From Octopus vulgaris (Eukaryota), in NCBI GenBank assembly GCA_951406725.2, contig OX597828.1:65596001-65660000 (forward strand): a stretch of 64,000 nt of DNA, written 5' to 3'. The notes under the pieces are model-generated. The model was not told the DNA's origin. It saw only the letters and a program-made list of their open reading frames with translations, and did no database searches. The position numbers were made by a program, and so were the translations under genes. Positions 1 to 13,911 of the stretch are shown here, one piece after another (the first letter of the stretch is position 1; each line of letters begins with the position of its first letter).

Positions 1-153
1 TCTATATGTATGTATGCATATATGTATGCATTTATATATGCATGTATATATGTGTGTATGTATGTATGCATGTATGTTATGTATGCATGTATGGATGCAT
101 GCATGCATGCATGCATAGATGCATGTATATATGTATGCATGTATGTATGAATT

Positions 154-187
<34 letters not shown>

Positions 188-272
188 TGTATGTATGTAT
201 GTATGTATGTATGCGTGTATGTATGTACATGTGCATGCATGCATATATGTGTAAATATCAGACCCATAGAAC

Positions 273-336
<64 letters not shown>

Positions 337-340
337 ATAA
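1..340. repeat. (TATG)n-type microsatellite followed by (GAAA)n
   Basis: Directly visible tandem repeats; explains the YVCM/HTYI/KKER ORFs. Similar tracts recur throughout (e.g. 962-1150, 4037-4130, 7360-7530, 47620-48045). Confidence 0.97.
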
Positions 341-611
341 GAAAGCAGAGTCGTTCCAAGTTTACTCTGAACAAGACAATTTGTAAATAACCCGCAATTA
401 ACGTTTTATTTCTTTCTTTCTTTCTTGTTATTTATCATTTTTCTTCTCCACTTCTACGCCATTGCTATGGTAAAGGTGACGGCGGTAGGTTTGTCTTATT
501 TTATTACAAACTAACGATGGCTAGCTGGGTCACAGAGTAAAGAACATCACGATGTTCTTTCCAACTCTGCTCGAGAAGTATTTGCACACATACACGCGCT
601 TTACGTATGCC

Positions 612-672
<61 letters not shown>

Positions 673-960
673 TCTAATACACACAGGTATACTCATACAA
701 GTACATACACACATGTACGGATATTAATAACCAGACGATGTTTTCAAGCAAACGCAAACATTACATAAGCGTAATGCATATATACGACGCGTTAATGCAT
801 ATATACATCCGCAGATTCTTACGCACCTGTGTATATGCATGTACTCATATGTACACGTACACTCGCACATATGTATGTACGTATGTATGTATGCATGTAT
901 GTATGTATGTATGTATGTATGTATGTATATGCGCATGTGGTATAAACATTTGCAAATGCA

Positions 961-1016
<56 letters not shown>

Positions 1017-1095
1017 CATACATACATACATACATACATACATACATACATACATACATACATACATACATACATACATACATACATACATACAT

Positions 1096-1128
<33 letters not shown>

Positions 1129-1914
1129 TACACACATACATACATACATATAGAAGAATAAAGAAACCAGTAAATGCTGGCCAATTACCACACGTGTGTA
1201 GTAAACATGTTTCCAGGGAACGTGGTATTGTTACAGAGGGATTCGATTTTCCTTGGTGAACAAAATGTTCTTTACATTATTGGAAATTACTTAATGGAAT
1301 TCAAACAAATGAAATGTCAATCGCCACCAACTCCGGATATCACTGTGTGTTCTGTCTTAGTACAATATAGGGTAGTATGGTACGATATGGTATGATATAA
1401 CGTTTTATGGAAATTTTAGGTTAGCGATTGTTGCTTTTTTGTAATGGCTTAATCCAATGAGATTAATGAAGGATGGAGGAAGTTATTTTCGGATCATAGC
1501 CCTGGCCCAAATGCCAGCAGCTAAACAGACCCCACTTGATGTAGCCAAAGGATGAGTTGATGATGTTAACACGGCGAAAAATTAAGGTTACCACCTAAGA
1601 AAGGTGTAGTGAATCCAACTACCTATCGACTGAGAAACGTTTTAGTCGACCAAAATATCACTCACAAACCTTGGATCGACCCAGGGCTGCGATAGAAGTC
1701 ACTTGCCAAGTTACTGCGTAACCCAAAACCTTACAGCAATATCTGTTCAATATTTGCATGATGTTTATTCCTATATCACTAAAGAGCGAAGTCTATACTT
1801 AAGTACATTGCACATACTCGACTAAAATACTTGACAGACTTCTCGGTTAGGAACAAACGTTTTCAACTACTTTGGCTGAAACTATCATTTCTCGGCTGAT
1901 GTTCTGTCTCTACC

Positions 1915-2143
1915 TATTTTTTTACTACCCTCAATGGGCTAAACACAGAGGGGACAAACAAGGACAGACATAGGTATTAAGTCATTTACATCGACCCCAG
2001 TGCGTAACTGGTACTTAATTTATTAACTCCGGATGAAAGGCAAAGTCGACCTCGGTGGAATTTGAACTCAGAACGTAACGGCAAACGAAATACGGCTACG
2101 CATTTCGCCCGGCGTGCTAACGTTTCTGCCAGCTCGCCGCCTT
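1915..2143 (-). mobile_element. tRNA-derived SINE (dominant family) with 13-bp TSD
   Basis: Reverse complement of the consensus GGCGGCGAGCTGGCAGAAACGTTAGCACGCCGGGCG...GAGTTCAAATTCC (B box)...; flanked by TTCTGTCTCTACC at 1902-1914 and 2145-2157. Confidence 0.9.
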
Positions 2144-2809
2144 ATTCTGTCTCTACCGTTCTCATGTCTTATCTCACAATTGTCATTCATTCGACTACTA
2201 CTTACTGGAGGCAACCACTTCTCCTACCATCTCCCTGAAACAACAGCACATACTATAACGCTCTCATCTATTTCTAGTTATTTCACTTCTCTTTCGAACC
2301 GATCCATACGGTTTTAGCTAGTTAGATTTCTTTCCCTCTCGTGTCCCAAAATTCTTGGTTACTTCTTTCGTTTCAAAGCAACGTCTATTTAGATAACTCC
2401 AACGAGGAGATTTCCTATGTAAAAGCTGTGTTACGAAATAAAGCATCAAAAGAACAATGGATTATATTTTTATTTTAACTCACAATAAAGATAACCCCAT
2501 GCCAAAACGGTCTCAAAATATTTATTCGGTCGACCTACTCCCCACCCCCGCCACCGCCGAAGACATCAAATGACACTTAACTCTGTGTTCAGTAATTGTT
2601 TTGTTGAGTACATTACATTCATTATGGTCTGCAGTTATGCCGAGGCATCGCTTTGAAGAGTTTTAGTCGAACAAATTGACCCCAGTTAATTTTTAAAGTC
2701 CGGTACTTATTTTGTTGGCCTATTTTATTGCCGAGCCGCTAGGCTACGAGAACATAAACAAACTAACTTTCTAACAATACCATTTCGCATACACACACTC
2801 ACTAAGCAG

Positions 2810-3298
2810 TTTAGTTCTTCTACTGTCCATGCTATTTACCTCTGCTCCATATCTAAGGAGTGAAACCACCCAGATGTTGAACGCTTCGATCTTATTCCGT
2901 CCGTTTAATTTCGACTTAAGGATCAGTCTACGAAAGTACTCCACCTTAGATTTTTCTGTCATTTCTTTCTCCAGCAATTTATCCATTTCCATAATCCCCA
3001 AGTCCTTATAGCTCGTCTCTTCTATCTGCTTCACAACCTCCACCAACGGTATCGTTAGCCCGTCCATACATATGATTTTGCCTCTCTTCAAGACTAACAC
3101 ACCACACTTTCTCAGTCCGAACTCTATTCTGATATCAGCACTGAAGGTATACATCGTATGAATGGTGGAACTGACTTGGGGTTCATCTTTACCATAAAGT
3201 TTGAGGTCATCCATGAATAACAAATGGTTGACTTTTTGCTGGCGGCTTTTGAATACATACCCAGCTTTTGCTTTCCTCAGAATCAGTGTTAGTGGTAT
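2810..3298 (-). pseudogene. R4/Dong-like non-LTR retrotransposon RT fragment
   Basis: ORF 2771..3223 has LFMDDLKLY, IEFGLRKC, YKDLGI and KSKLNGRNK motifs typical of R4-clade RT. Confidence 0.8.
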
Positions 3299-3480
3299 CT
3301 ATTATTATTATCTTTTTTTTTCTTCTTCTTTCAAATTTGCTTCCATTTCTTGCCGAGTGTCTTCCCGACTCCTAGGGCAAAGAAACTCATAGTATACATT
3401 GGTAGGCCATTAAACTAAACTCACAAGTTCGTTCATTTTTTTTTTAAAGTTAAATTAAAATACATGGGTAGTGTAAGTTC

Positions 3481-3677
3481 TCACATCGATAATGCTCTTC
3501 TCAATACGTGTGATGTACCAGTTAAGACAATCTTTTGCACTTCTTGCAGGGATGGTAAGCCAGGGTTCATTCTCATATAATTTTCGGTTCCCTTCTTGAT
3601 CATTCCTAGTGCTCCTACGATCATTGGTATTGTAACCGCCTTGAGATGCCACATTTTTATTATTATTAGATGCCACA

Positions 3678-3680
<3 letters not shown>
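3481..3680 (-). pseudogene. R4/Dong-like RLE C-terminal fragment
   Basis: MWHLKAVTIPMIVGALGMI...EVQKIVLTGTSHVLRRAL; abuts an (ATT)n tract. Confidence 0.8.
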
Positions 3681-3731
<51 letters not shown>

Positions 3732-4036
3732 CATTATTATTATTATTATTATCATTATTATTATTATTATTATTATTTATCATCATCATCATCAACTCCA
3801 CATTCACAACAGATTTGCACTACTTCCCGGATATTCTCTCTATTTCTATCTCCTTACAACTGTATGCTTCAGAAATCCCTTTACTAATTCACATTACTTC
3901 TACAACGCACAAAAATCCTTATCCAATTAAAAATCCAACCAATTAGTCGAGTCAATCTGCTACCAACCAGTTCAAATTAAGTAAAAGAAGTACATGATAT
4001 ACGTACAGGTGTGCGCGCGCGCTCGTGTTTGTGTAC

Positions 4037-4131
<95 letters not shown>

Positions 4132-4845
4132 AGTTTGTGGGCGTTATTGTGAAATTTGTCTTGAAATCTATCTTTCTCCCTGTCAAGTTTCTTTTCTTTC
4201 TTCCTTCAATTCCTTTTCGGTGATTCCAGCTTGGTTTAAATCACTATAGCAATGATAGTTTCAAATTAAGATAAAAATTATCAAATTGATCGCTTACAAA
4301 GAATTGGATTACTTAACTACTCTGCCTGTCTCTCAGGAGCTTTAACAAAAATTCTCGAAGAAAAAAATAATAAATTGTTGTTGTGTGCTTAGTTGATACG
4401 AAAATAGGAACGTTGGTTCTACAGCGTTTCTGGTTGGCAGAGTCGAATTCTGTCAAGATTGAGTTTCCGATTTATTACTTCAAGATAAGCGATTTAGAAA
4501 GTGGTAATGGGGAAGAAGAGATTCGAGCAAATTGATTGCAAGATGGAGTTCAACTGCATGAAACAACTTAGCGAAAATTATTGGGAGGCTTGTTGTGAGA
4601 TGTGGGATAACTGTTTCCAATAAGGTTCCTGATGGAAAGGAGATATATCAATAACTTCGGATTTTTTTAAAACCTAAACATCGTACAACAGGGGTTAAAC
4701 GAATAACCTGAAGATACTAAAGGATGATACACACACACATTATATATATGTATATAAACGGTGTATACACACATACACTTACACACACACACACACATAT
4801 ATGTCTGTCTGTGTGTGTCTGTGTCTGTGTGTGTGTGTGTGTGTG

Positions 4846-5130
4846 AGGCGCAATGGCCCAGTGGTTAGGGCAGCGGACTCGCAGTCGTGGGATCGCGGTT
4901 TCGATTCCCAGACCGGGCGTGTTTATTGAGCGAAAACACCCAAAGTTCCACGAGACTCCAGCAGGGGGGGGGGGGGCGATCCTTGCTGTACTCTTTCGCC
5001 GCAACTTTCACTCTTTCTTCTGTTGGCCTGCTCGCTTAGCCAGCGGGATGGTGTCATTTGAAGGCTAAAACAATGAGAAGCACATTGTGACCAGCGATGT
5101 GTAGCAACATCTGATAGCTTGTTACGGTGA
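4846..5130 (+). mobile_element. tRNA-derived SINE (second family)
   Basis: A box TGGCCCAGTGG and B box GGTTTCGATTCC in a tRNA-like head followed by a unique body; flanked by microsatellites. Confidence 0.75.
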
Positions 5131-5847
5131 TATATATATATACATATATACAATGTGTGATAAAATGCTAATTTAAGCATAGTATAATCACCACATTGTG
5201 CTTTCAGAGTTTAGAATTTTAATCTTCACCTTCTTCATCAGACTGATGTAGTCGAGAGGTGGAAATGGTGACTAGAAAAACGATCGAAATCGAGCGGGCA
5301 TGGAAGTAGAAAGACAGGCATATGATAAGAGGTGTAAGGAATATATTGATATGAAACGTTGTGTATAAAATGTATATGATTGTGCGTGAATGTTTGTATG
5401 TGGTCGCACGCGCGCGTGTGTGAATACGCGTGTGTTTGTATGTGTACGTGTGGGTACACGCCCGCTTGTTTATTTACTCTGAGTTCCACGACTGTCGTCA
5501 ACAGCCAAATTTCGGGTGAAACTCGGAGTATGCTGTCAGCTTTGATACAATAAGCATTATTAAGAGAAGTACTAAGTTTACTTAATAATATGGATAAATA
5601 TGTATATTATCCAAAGTTTTAAATTATATCCAAATATTAAGTTCTGTATAAGATAATGTTTGCACTATGAAAAATACATTTTACTTTTCTTTTCATCTCT
5701 TACATTATCACACACACTCGCGCGCGCATCGATGTACCGAAAGTAATGCTAAGTGGACGTAACTTTATTGACACACATCATTTACATTACGCATACAGGT
5801 ACAGTTACACTTCCTCTATAATAACTCTTTTTCCTGTTATACTTCGT

Positions 5848-5948
5848 TGCAGGCAGAAGCAATGTTTCGTCATTGATTTTTAACGAAGGAAAGGTGTCGG
5901 TCACCGACATCCACACAAGACTACAAGCTGTTTATAGGAGATAACACT
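5848..5948 (+). pseudogene. mariner transposase N-terminal HTH remnant
   Basis: Manual translation across frameshifts gives RQKQ..VI.FLTKE...DIHTRLQAVY.GDNT. Confidence 0.5.
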
Positions 5949-6049
5949 ATTCTTTTCTACTCTAGGCACAAGGCCCGAAAACTTTGGAGAGGGTAACAGT
6001 TGATAAGATCGACCCCAGTACTCAACCGGTACCTAACTTATCAACTCTG

Positions 6050-7270
6050 ACACTATCAAATGGTTTGATAATATTCAGGATAAAAATATATGTAAATTCC
6101 TTCAAATTGATATAGAGAATTACTATTCATCTATCAATGAAATTGCTCTAAATAAGGCCCTGTCATATGCCATGAGAAAAGTAAATGTCATTCGAAGTTA
6201 AAGTAGTATTAGCCGCGAGGAAGTCTATTATAAAATATAAAGGTAAACTATGAGCAAGAAAAGACAAGCGATTGGTTTCATATTGGTTTCATATACTCAT
6301 GCGCGCGTCTGATTCTACCCAAGTTACCGATGTTGTTGGATTATATCTTTTATCTGAACTAGAGATGGAATTTATGAATATTGAGGGCGTTCTTTATAGG
6401 GATGACCTACTACTTATAGCCAGGAACTGTACTAGTAGGTCCTTAGAAAGCCTTAAGAAGGAATTGTATAAGTTCTTTAAGAATTTGGCCTAGGTATATC
6501 TATAGAGAATGAACACTATGCTGTAAATTACCTAGACGTTAACCCTAATCTTGTCACTAATAAGATTCATCTATTCCATAAGTTGAATGAAAATGTAATG
6601 TACATTATTTCTTTCAGTAATCATCCTAGATCAGTTACAGAAGCTTTAATAGATAATATAGGCAAAAGAATATCTATTACATTATAACAAATTATATATA
6701 TATATCCCTCTACATAGTTGGATAGAGTATAATAATAGAAGCAGATAATTTAATTTAAACTATTACCCAGCTCCTTAGAACTAATCATATATAAATTCCC
6801 ATAGTGCTCTGCTATATTCACTTCCTTTAATCACCATGTTGACCCTATCACAAGTGGAAATGTATCTTTATTTTTCACATTTAATCACAGACCTCTTTAT
6901 TCTGATTTATAATTTTATATTTGACATTCTAAGTTTGATATATGTATGCTAATTTATATTTTTGATAATTTATAATTTATAATTCTTAATTTTGTAAAGT
7001 TTATTTTTATTTTTAATTTAGCGCTTAATTTTTATGGTGATTTAAAATAGCTGAACAATATTTTGAAAAATGAACCTGAAGATGTGTTGATAGAATTATA
7101 AATCTGATAATTGCATATATTCTGATCTTCCAACACGTGTAGTTCCTTTCTAATTATAATTTTTTAACTCAAGTAAGGACTAATTAAGATAGTGCATTTT
7201 ATACCCTGTTATCGTATCGGTTTTATCCTCAAGTAATATTTCTTGGTGTGCATATAAATACTCCGAGTTT
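6050..7270 (+). mobile_element. Decayed Penelope-like (Naiad-like) element: RT fragment plus 3' region with broken hammerhead
   Basis: KFLQIDIENYYSSI, SDSTQVTDVVG, LYRDDLL, VNYLDV and SNHP motifs with stops; HHR-like motif at 7072-7145. Confidence 0.8.
7072..7145 (+). ncRNA. Type I hammerhead ribozyme, inactivated (GAAA box missing)
   Basis: GAAC-CTGAAGA-T-GTGTTG...CAACAC-[GAAA absent]-GTG-TA-GTTC; stem I GAAC/GTTC and stem II GTGTTG/CAACAC still pair. Confidence 0.65.
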
Positions 7271-7374
7271 TCCATCATAGATACTCGTTATGTTCTCTTT
7301 GCATTATCTGAAATGGAATACCCACAAATCTATTGACTGAAATCCCAATAACTGAACCATATATATATATATAT

Positions 7375-7463
<89 letters not shown>

Positions 7464-7472
7464 CAGGTAGAC

Positions 7473-7529
<57 letters not shown>

Positions 7530-8634
7530 CATATACACGAACACACATACGTGCATACATATATATATATATATGCACAGAGACACATACATGTACACAT
7601 GTATGTCTGTGTGTGTCTGTGTTTGTGTGAGAAAGAGAGAGAGAGGCGCGAGGTCTGTTGACCGCCAGCATTCCAATATCCAAATTTGAGTGTCATTAGG
7701 TAGTTTCCTTCTGTTATTCTGGTTTCAGTTTGCAATATTTGTTTCAATTCCAGTTCGAATTGCCCACGTGAAACAGACAAATTGTTTCATAACCCAGAGA
7801 ATTGAGTAAGAGTTGAATCGTTGCTGTGATTGGTTATCGGAGTGTTTTAAACAAATTTTCTCCAATAAATAACGTAAATATATAACGTATAGACATTCTA
7901 GATATATGGCAGGAGTTACGACGAGTATAACTTTTTCAAAAATCATTTGAGTCTGTTACGAAAAATATACTGATAATAACCGAACTGCAAAAATTTACCT
8001 AAGAAGCGGAAAAGCAGACAATAGGAATAATAAAGATATGAACAAGTTCATTCGCTAGACAATTACGACTTGGAACAAAAAATTTCTTTGAAGCAGTTGC
8101 TCGTAATTTGAAATTTTTATATCTCAACGGGTTTTTGCTTGTTTATTTTTATCAGCTTCTGCTTTTAGTTGTCATTTCTCTGTTGTCTTCGTTAAAACAA
8201 CTAGATTTTAATAAATCATTTTCGTTTATTATTTATATAACTTTAGATATTCTATATGTGTATTTCTTGAATATATTTCTTGTGTCCGATAACACAAAGA
8301 AAACAGCGCAACAAATAAGATATTTTGTAAAACTATGTTTTACTATTTTCATTAAACTGTTATCTTTTCAATACTACATTCCAGTTTTCGCTACTTCCCA
8401 CATTTTAATAATAACAAAAACAGAAAGACTGTATTTCATAAAGTCAGATAAATATTTCAAACAACACTTAATAACCTATTGGTATTATGACAAGGGTACT
8501 GGCGACGAATTGGTCAGGCGATGTATTAACCAAACGTTGAATTAATCCGCGATAAATCGACCTGCCGCTCATGTAATACACACACAGACATGCAGACACA
8601 TACACGCGCGCACACATACACATACATATGTATA

Positions 8635-8695
<61 letters not shown>

Positions 8696-8713
8696 TACAT
8701 ATATATATACATA

Positions 8714-8746
<33 letters not shown>

Positions 8747-8754
8747 ATATATAC

Positions 8755-8794
<40 letters not shown>

Positions 8795-8798
<4 letters not shown>

Positions 8799-8992
8799 CA
8801 AATTTACAGAAAACAAATGATGAAGGCAGGTGAGGGAACAACAAACAGGTGTATTAGTTTGGCGTTCGGGAAGAACGGAAAAGTTTTTGACGTATCGAGC
8901 CTACACTCTTCGGCAGAAGGGGTGAGAGAGAAAAAATGGAGAGATAACGAAAAAACGGAGAGAGAGAAAAATATGTAAGGATTAACGGTTTA
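8795..8992 (-). mobile_element. Short non-coding repeat, family A, with degenerate minimal hammerhead at 8886-8919
   Basis: Homologous to 48270-48450; minus strand reads TT-CTGCCGA-A-GAGT-GTAG-GCTC-GATA-CG-TC-AA; abuts (TA)n. Confidence 0.7.
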
Positions 8993-9132
8993 ACATGATG
9001 AAATGACCGGAGGGCTCTCCCGTCGAAGACGACGTATGGCGTATGAGTGTTCAGCGAAAGACAGAAAACGTATACACACACACACACAACACACACACGT
9101 GCACAAACAAACACACACAAACACACAGACAG

Positions 9133-9165
<33 letters not shown>

Positions 9166-9195
9166 CTTGATCCACTAATATATGGATCTGTTGAG

Positions 9196-9737
9196 GTGAC
9201 GAGCTGGCAGAATCATTAGCACGCTGGGTAAACTGCTCGGCGACATTTCGTCCGTCGTCTTTACGTTCTGAGTTCAAACTCCGCCGAGGCAGACTCTGTC
9301 TTTCATCCTTTCGGTGATCGATAGAATAAGTATCAGTTGAGCAATAGGTCAATGTAATCGACTTATCACTTACTCGAAATTGCTGGCCTAGTGCCAAAAA
9401 TTGAAACCAATATATGCGCACACAAACACAGACATACTCAGACTCTCTATTAAAAAATCGACTACTGGTGATGGTGGTGGTGGTGGTGGTGGTGGTATGT
9501 GTAAGGCAGCGAGCTGGCAGAAACGTTAGCACGCCGGACGAAATGCTTAGCGGTATTTCGTCTACTGCTACGTTGTGAGTTCAAATTCCGCCGAGGTCGA
9601 CTTTACCTTTCATCCTTTCGGAATCGATTAAATAAGCACCAGTTACGCACTGGGGTCGACATAATCGACTTAATCCGTGTGTCTGTCCTTGTTTGTCCTC
9701 TCTGTGTTTAGCTCCTTGTGGGTAGTAAAGAAATAGG
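9196..9737 (+). mobile_element. Two SINE copies of the dominant family (about 9196-9410 and 9503-9737)
   Basis: Match to SINE consensus; second copy flanked by the direct repeat GGTATGTGT. Confidence 0.88.
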
Positions 9738-9905
9738 TATGTGTGCGTGAGCGTATGTTTCAGTAGTTATTTTACCTCTTTTCCCGGAAGCAGATTAAGA
9801 ATTGCTAGTGTTACATATTTTATGAAAGGTGGATAATTCACAGGACATCATTTGGAGTGAGAGGATGTGAAGATCCTCGTAAATGCACACGCTCAAGCAC
9901 AAATA

Positions 9906-9960
<55 letters not shown>

Positions 9961-10364
9961 GATAAAATATACTTTAAAATATTTCAAATATGGAGTATAA
10001 AACAAATATAATGCAAATTATAAGAATGAGATTTTAATGTTAAATACATCACGAACACATGAACGATATATATACACATACACTGAATAAATCTATAATG
10101 ATACTTAGGAGACAAAAACATTAGTAAACCTATAATGATACTTGGGCATACAAATATCTTTTATAATGTATATTTCACAGCTGTCGCTAACAAACGAATA
10201 AGATTCATTCAACATTGATTTATACTAACCTAAAATAAGACTTGTTTCGCTGCTAAGCATAAAATGTTTCCCTCATGCGGATACTTGTATATGGATACCA
10301 GCATAAACACTCACCTATAAATATATCGAAGTGTATAATACGCGATTATTATTATTATTATTCA

Positions 10365-10567
10365 GTAGTTTTATTTTTATAGCGTGCTTTCCCTTCACTA
10401 CCGAGCGCAGCTCTGTGTGCCTTGGGTATGTGCTCTGATTTGTTGTGATGCTCTGATGGTTACTGTATTGAAAGTGTTCTGCGTAGGATGTGTGCAGAGC
10501 CCAGTAGTGCAATTTTCTGTATGTTATATGTGTTTGTAAGTCCTGGTGTTTTTGTTATGTGTTTGTC
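10365..10567 (-). pseudogene. R4/Dong-like 3' end between (ATT)n tracts
   Basis: Minus strand encodes NIQKIALLGSAHILRRTLSIQ followed by a 3' UTR and a (TAA)n tail. Confidence 0.75.
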
Positions 10568-10628
<61 letters not shown>

Positions 10629-10679
10629 GTTATTATTATTATTATTATACTTTCTCATGGGAGAGTACAACAAAAGGGA

Positions 10680-12640
10680 AAATGTGTGCTTCAAAAGGAA
10701 ATCTAGCATAGGCTCGGATATAGTGCAATGCTAACAAACAAGCCTATTTATGCAAGACGCTCATTTGCATGTATTCTAGGGATTTAGTAGCAAAGCCATC
10801 TAAGGTGATTTAATGAGAAAAATATATTTCTCAGTTAGTAGGGGAATCGGTTCTAATGTAAATGGTGGTATTTGGTGAAGGGAAAGACGTGATTAAAAAT
10901 AGGCGGTTTATGCAAATGTAAAGCAAAGATACGAGGGAATATGCAAGCAATGTACATTAATATATCTGGGGGATTAGCAAGAGGTTCTTTCGTTGAATAT
11001 CAATTAGTGCTGGGTGGTGTTTTTTATGAAAACAATACCTACACACTCTGTTGCAGATATTTTTGTTTCCAATATAAGATTTTGCGCTGGAAAGATTCTC
11101 CCATTTTAAAATATATTTTCATTTTTCAAAGCCAAAATAAAAATGAAATGTAACTGACTTTAATCCTTTGTTCGTTTATAAACATGACTGAACAGCATTT
11201 GGATGAGATCGAAGTATATATCTCTAGTTGAGTTATTCATTGGTACAGCGCAGTGGTATACTTTGCTTTTAGCAAGATAATTAGCGTGTAGAAGTAATTG
11301 CTGAAGTTCTTAGAATTGCAGTTGCTAGTAGCTGTATTACCTGTGAATTGGATTAACTTAAATAAGTTGATTGAAGCAAGAGACAGTGCAAAATTTGGTG
11401 TAGTTGAGTTAGAGATTTTAATAGTGTTTTACTGAATATTTTCTAATACCTGTGTTGCAAGTTGAAGTGCTTTTTGAGCAAAAACATGAAATTCATGTTT
11501 TCGGTAAGGCTACGGCTAAATTAAAAAGGACAAACAATTTGTCTTTTCTTTTTTCCTAAGCTGTCTTTCTGTGTACATTTTTCTTTTAATCCATTTTAAT
11601 AAGATAGTCTTTGTATGTTTAGGAAAATTTGTAAAAGAATATTTTGTTAGAGAATAACTTGAATAATTTTGAGATGTTTTAAAACTTAATCATTAGTGTG
11701 TTTTGATCATTTCTGTATGTAGTTGAAACTCTTGGTTAATCTATAGTATGTGTAGTCAAAGATTTGTTTTGATTAAAAGTGACATCCAAGAAAATATTAG
11801 TAATAAGTTCAGTGTAACTATCCATAACCCATAATTTTTTGATAATGAGTATAAGTTTTCCTAAATTTGTTCGTTTGTGAGTTAATTTTATTGAGCAAAA
11901 GAAAATTCTCAGCTCTGTAAGGGCCCTTTTCAAGATAGTGAGTATCGCTCTATGAGGTTGCTAATTTCAGTCTAACACACTTCGACTGACATCGAAGTGT
12001 GTGTTAGACAGTTATTTTTCTAATGGACTGATCATAATGCTACATAATTTTCCTAGTATATAATTTAATTCGTATTTTGTCATTGATATTTACAATTGTT
12101 CTAGTAAAATTTTAGTCAATAGTGAGCAATGGTTTAGAGATAGGAGCGAAATAACATACGCTTGTTGAAAACAGCTGTATCAGTTTCCGTAGGGTTTATA
12201 AGTCGGATAGGTTTCCGTTCAAAATTAACTTTATGCCCCTTAAATATAAAATATTGATCCTTAGGTATGAATGATTCTGCTAAGCTATGCATATAGAATT
12301 CTGCAATAATTTCCTGGCCTCGAGTACTCATATTGTTGTCGGTGCTCAAATTTGATTTCACATAAGTATTGATGGCTAAGATTGATACGAATTGCAGTTT
12401 AGTATTGTTGTAAACTTCGTAAAGGCATTTCTTTTTGTATTTTGTCCGGTATCATGAATAACTTCTTTGACATTTTAATTTCCTGATGTTTGATGCTTAG
12501 CTTCCTCTAGAAGCTCTTATTTGTTTTCCTGAATTTAACGATTTTCATTAATAAAAATGGTTGGTCCTTGAAAGGCTGAAGCAACTAAATGACGAGTGAG
12601 TGGAAAATTGTCAGTATTAAATCCAAATATACGTAAATCC
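10680..12640 (-). pseudogene. Heavily decayed Penelope-like element
   Basis: ORF 12134..12361 contains PIRLINPTETD and ORF 11736..11933 contains IFLDVTF; many stops and frameshifts. Confidence 0.55.
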
Positions 12641-12713
12641 ATATATACATGCATATGTAGATATGGATTTATATCTGCAACTGTTGGTGACGTCCTGTAC
12701 CCATATATGCATG

Positions 12714-12754
<41 letters not shown>

Positions 12755-13382
12755 TATAATATATTATTTATATGTATATATGTTTGTAGATATATATATA
12801 TATATTTATATATTATATATATATCTTGTATATATGTACTATTTATATATATCCATGTGTGTGTGTAAATTTGTCGTATGTAAATAAATTTGTTGTATAC
12901 GTTGTATTCTTGTTTACCGAGAAAAAGCGCGGAATATCCTACATGTCAGCTAAGATTGTAAGTTTTTTTTTTTTTTGTACGATGCATTAATGAGTTTTTC
13001 TACTTACATGCATGTATACGCTTTATTGATTAGTTTTAAACGCAAGCTTGGGTCACTTTCAATGACTTTTAAGTGAATTTTAAATAAACATACATCCATA
13101 TCATCCGTTTGTTAGCGATGTCATAAATATTTTACTCTACCTTAATAAGTTTTTCAACGGTTAAACATGATTACCATAATGCACATCATTCTTATTTTAG
13201 AAATGCAAATAACTATTTGTACCTCATCCTTATTGTCTGTGTGTAACTTTTATATTTTATACATTATATCTACAATTTTTCTCTACGTACATATTTATTT
13301 ATAAATTTTATTCCATATATTTAGTGTATGCCAGTATATGTGTACGTGTGTGTGCAAGTGTGTGTGTGTGTGTGTGTGTGTA

Positions 13383-13416
<34 letters not shown>

Positions 13417-13911
13417 GTGTGTGTGTGTGTGTGTGTTGTGTGTGTGTGTGTATGTGTGTGTTATATGAAGTTCAACAAGTTGCAGAGCATTCGGTCATTT
13501 AAGAAACTAAAAATATTCTTATAACAAAAAACACAAAAAGCTTTACAAGATACAGCTACCCAGAGAATTCTGGTCGAAATACAAATTTATAAAATATAAA
13601 ATCAATGAGACGATTTAGTAACTGCGTTCGATGAAATCTATGTTTGAATAAGCATGTGTATTTAGACAAACACAAACAAATCAATCAACTGGATATAATC
13701 TAAATGTACAGGAAATATAGCTATTGTTTTGCGGGTACCAAAAATTACACAAACCAAAGCTTGAATTAGTTATCCAGTGGTTTATTTCTAATTCTCACTA
13801 AGACGTATTTTGTTAAATATAGACATGATGAAAAAATCTCACAATTGGTATTTACGCAGTAAGTACCCTGATGCTCTTAAGTTATGTGTGTGTGTATACA
13901 TATATATATAA

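Noticed and set aside
5185-5246. Minus-strand CTGATGA...GAAA candidate hammerhead
   Set aside because: Weak stems I and II and no valid NUH triplet; compatible with chance.
8108-8545. 145-aa hydrophobic ORF
   Set aside because: AT-rich composition bias, TTG start and no recognisable motif.
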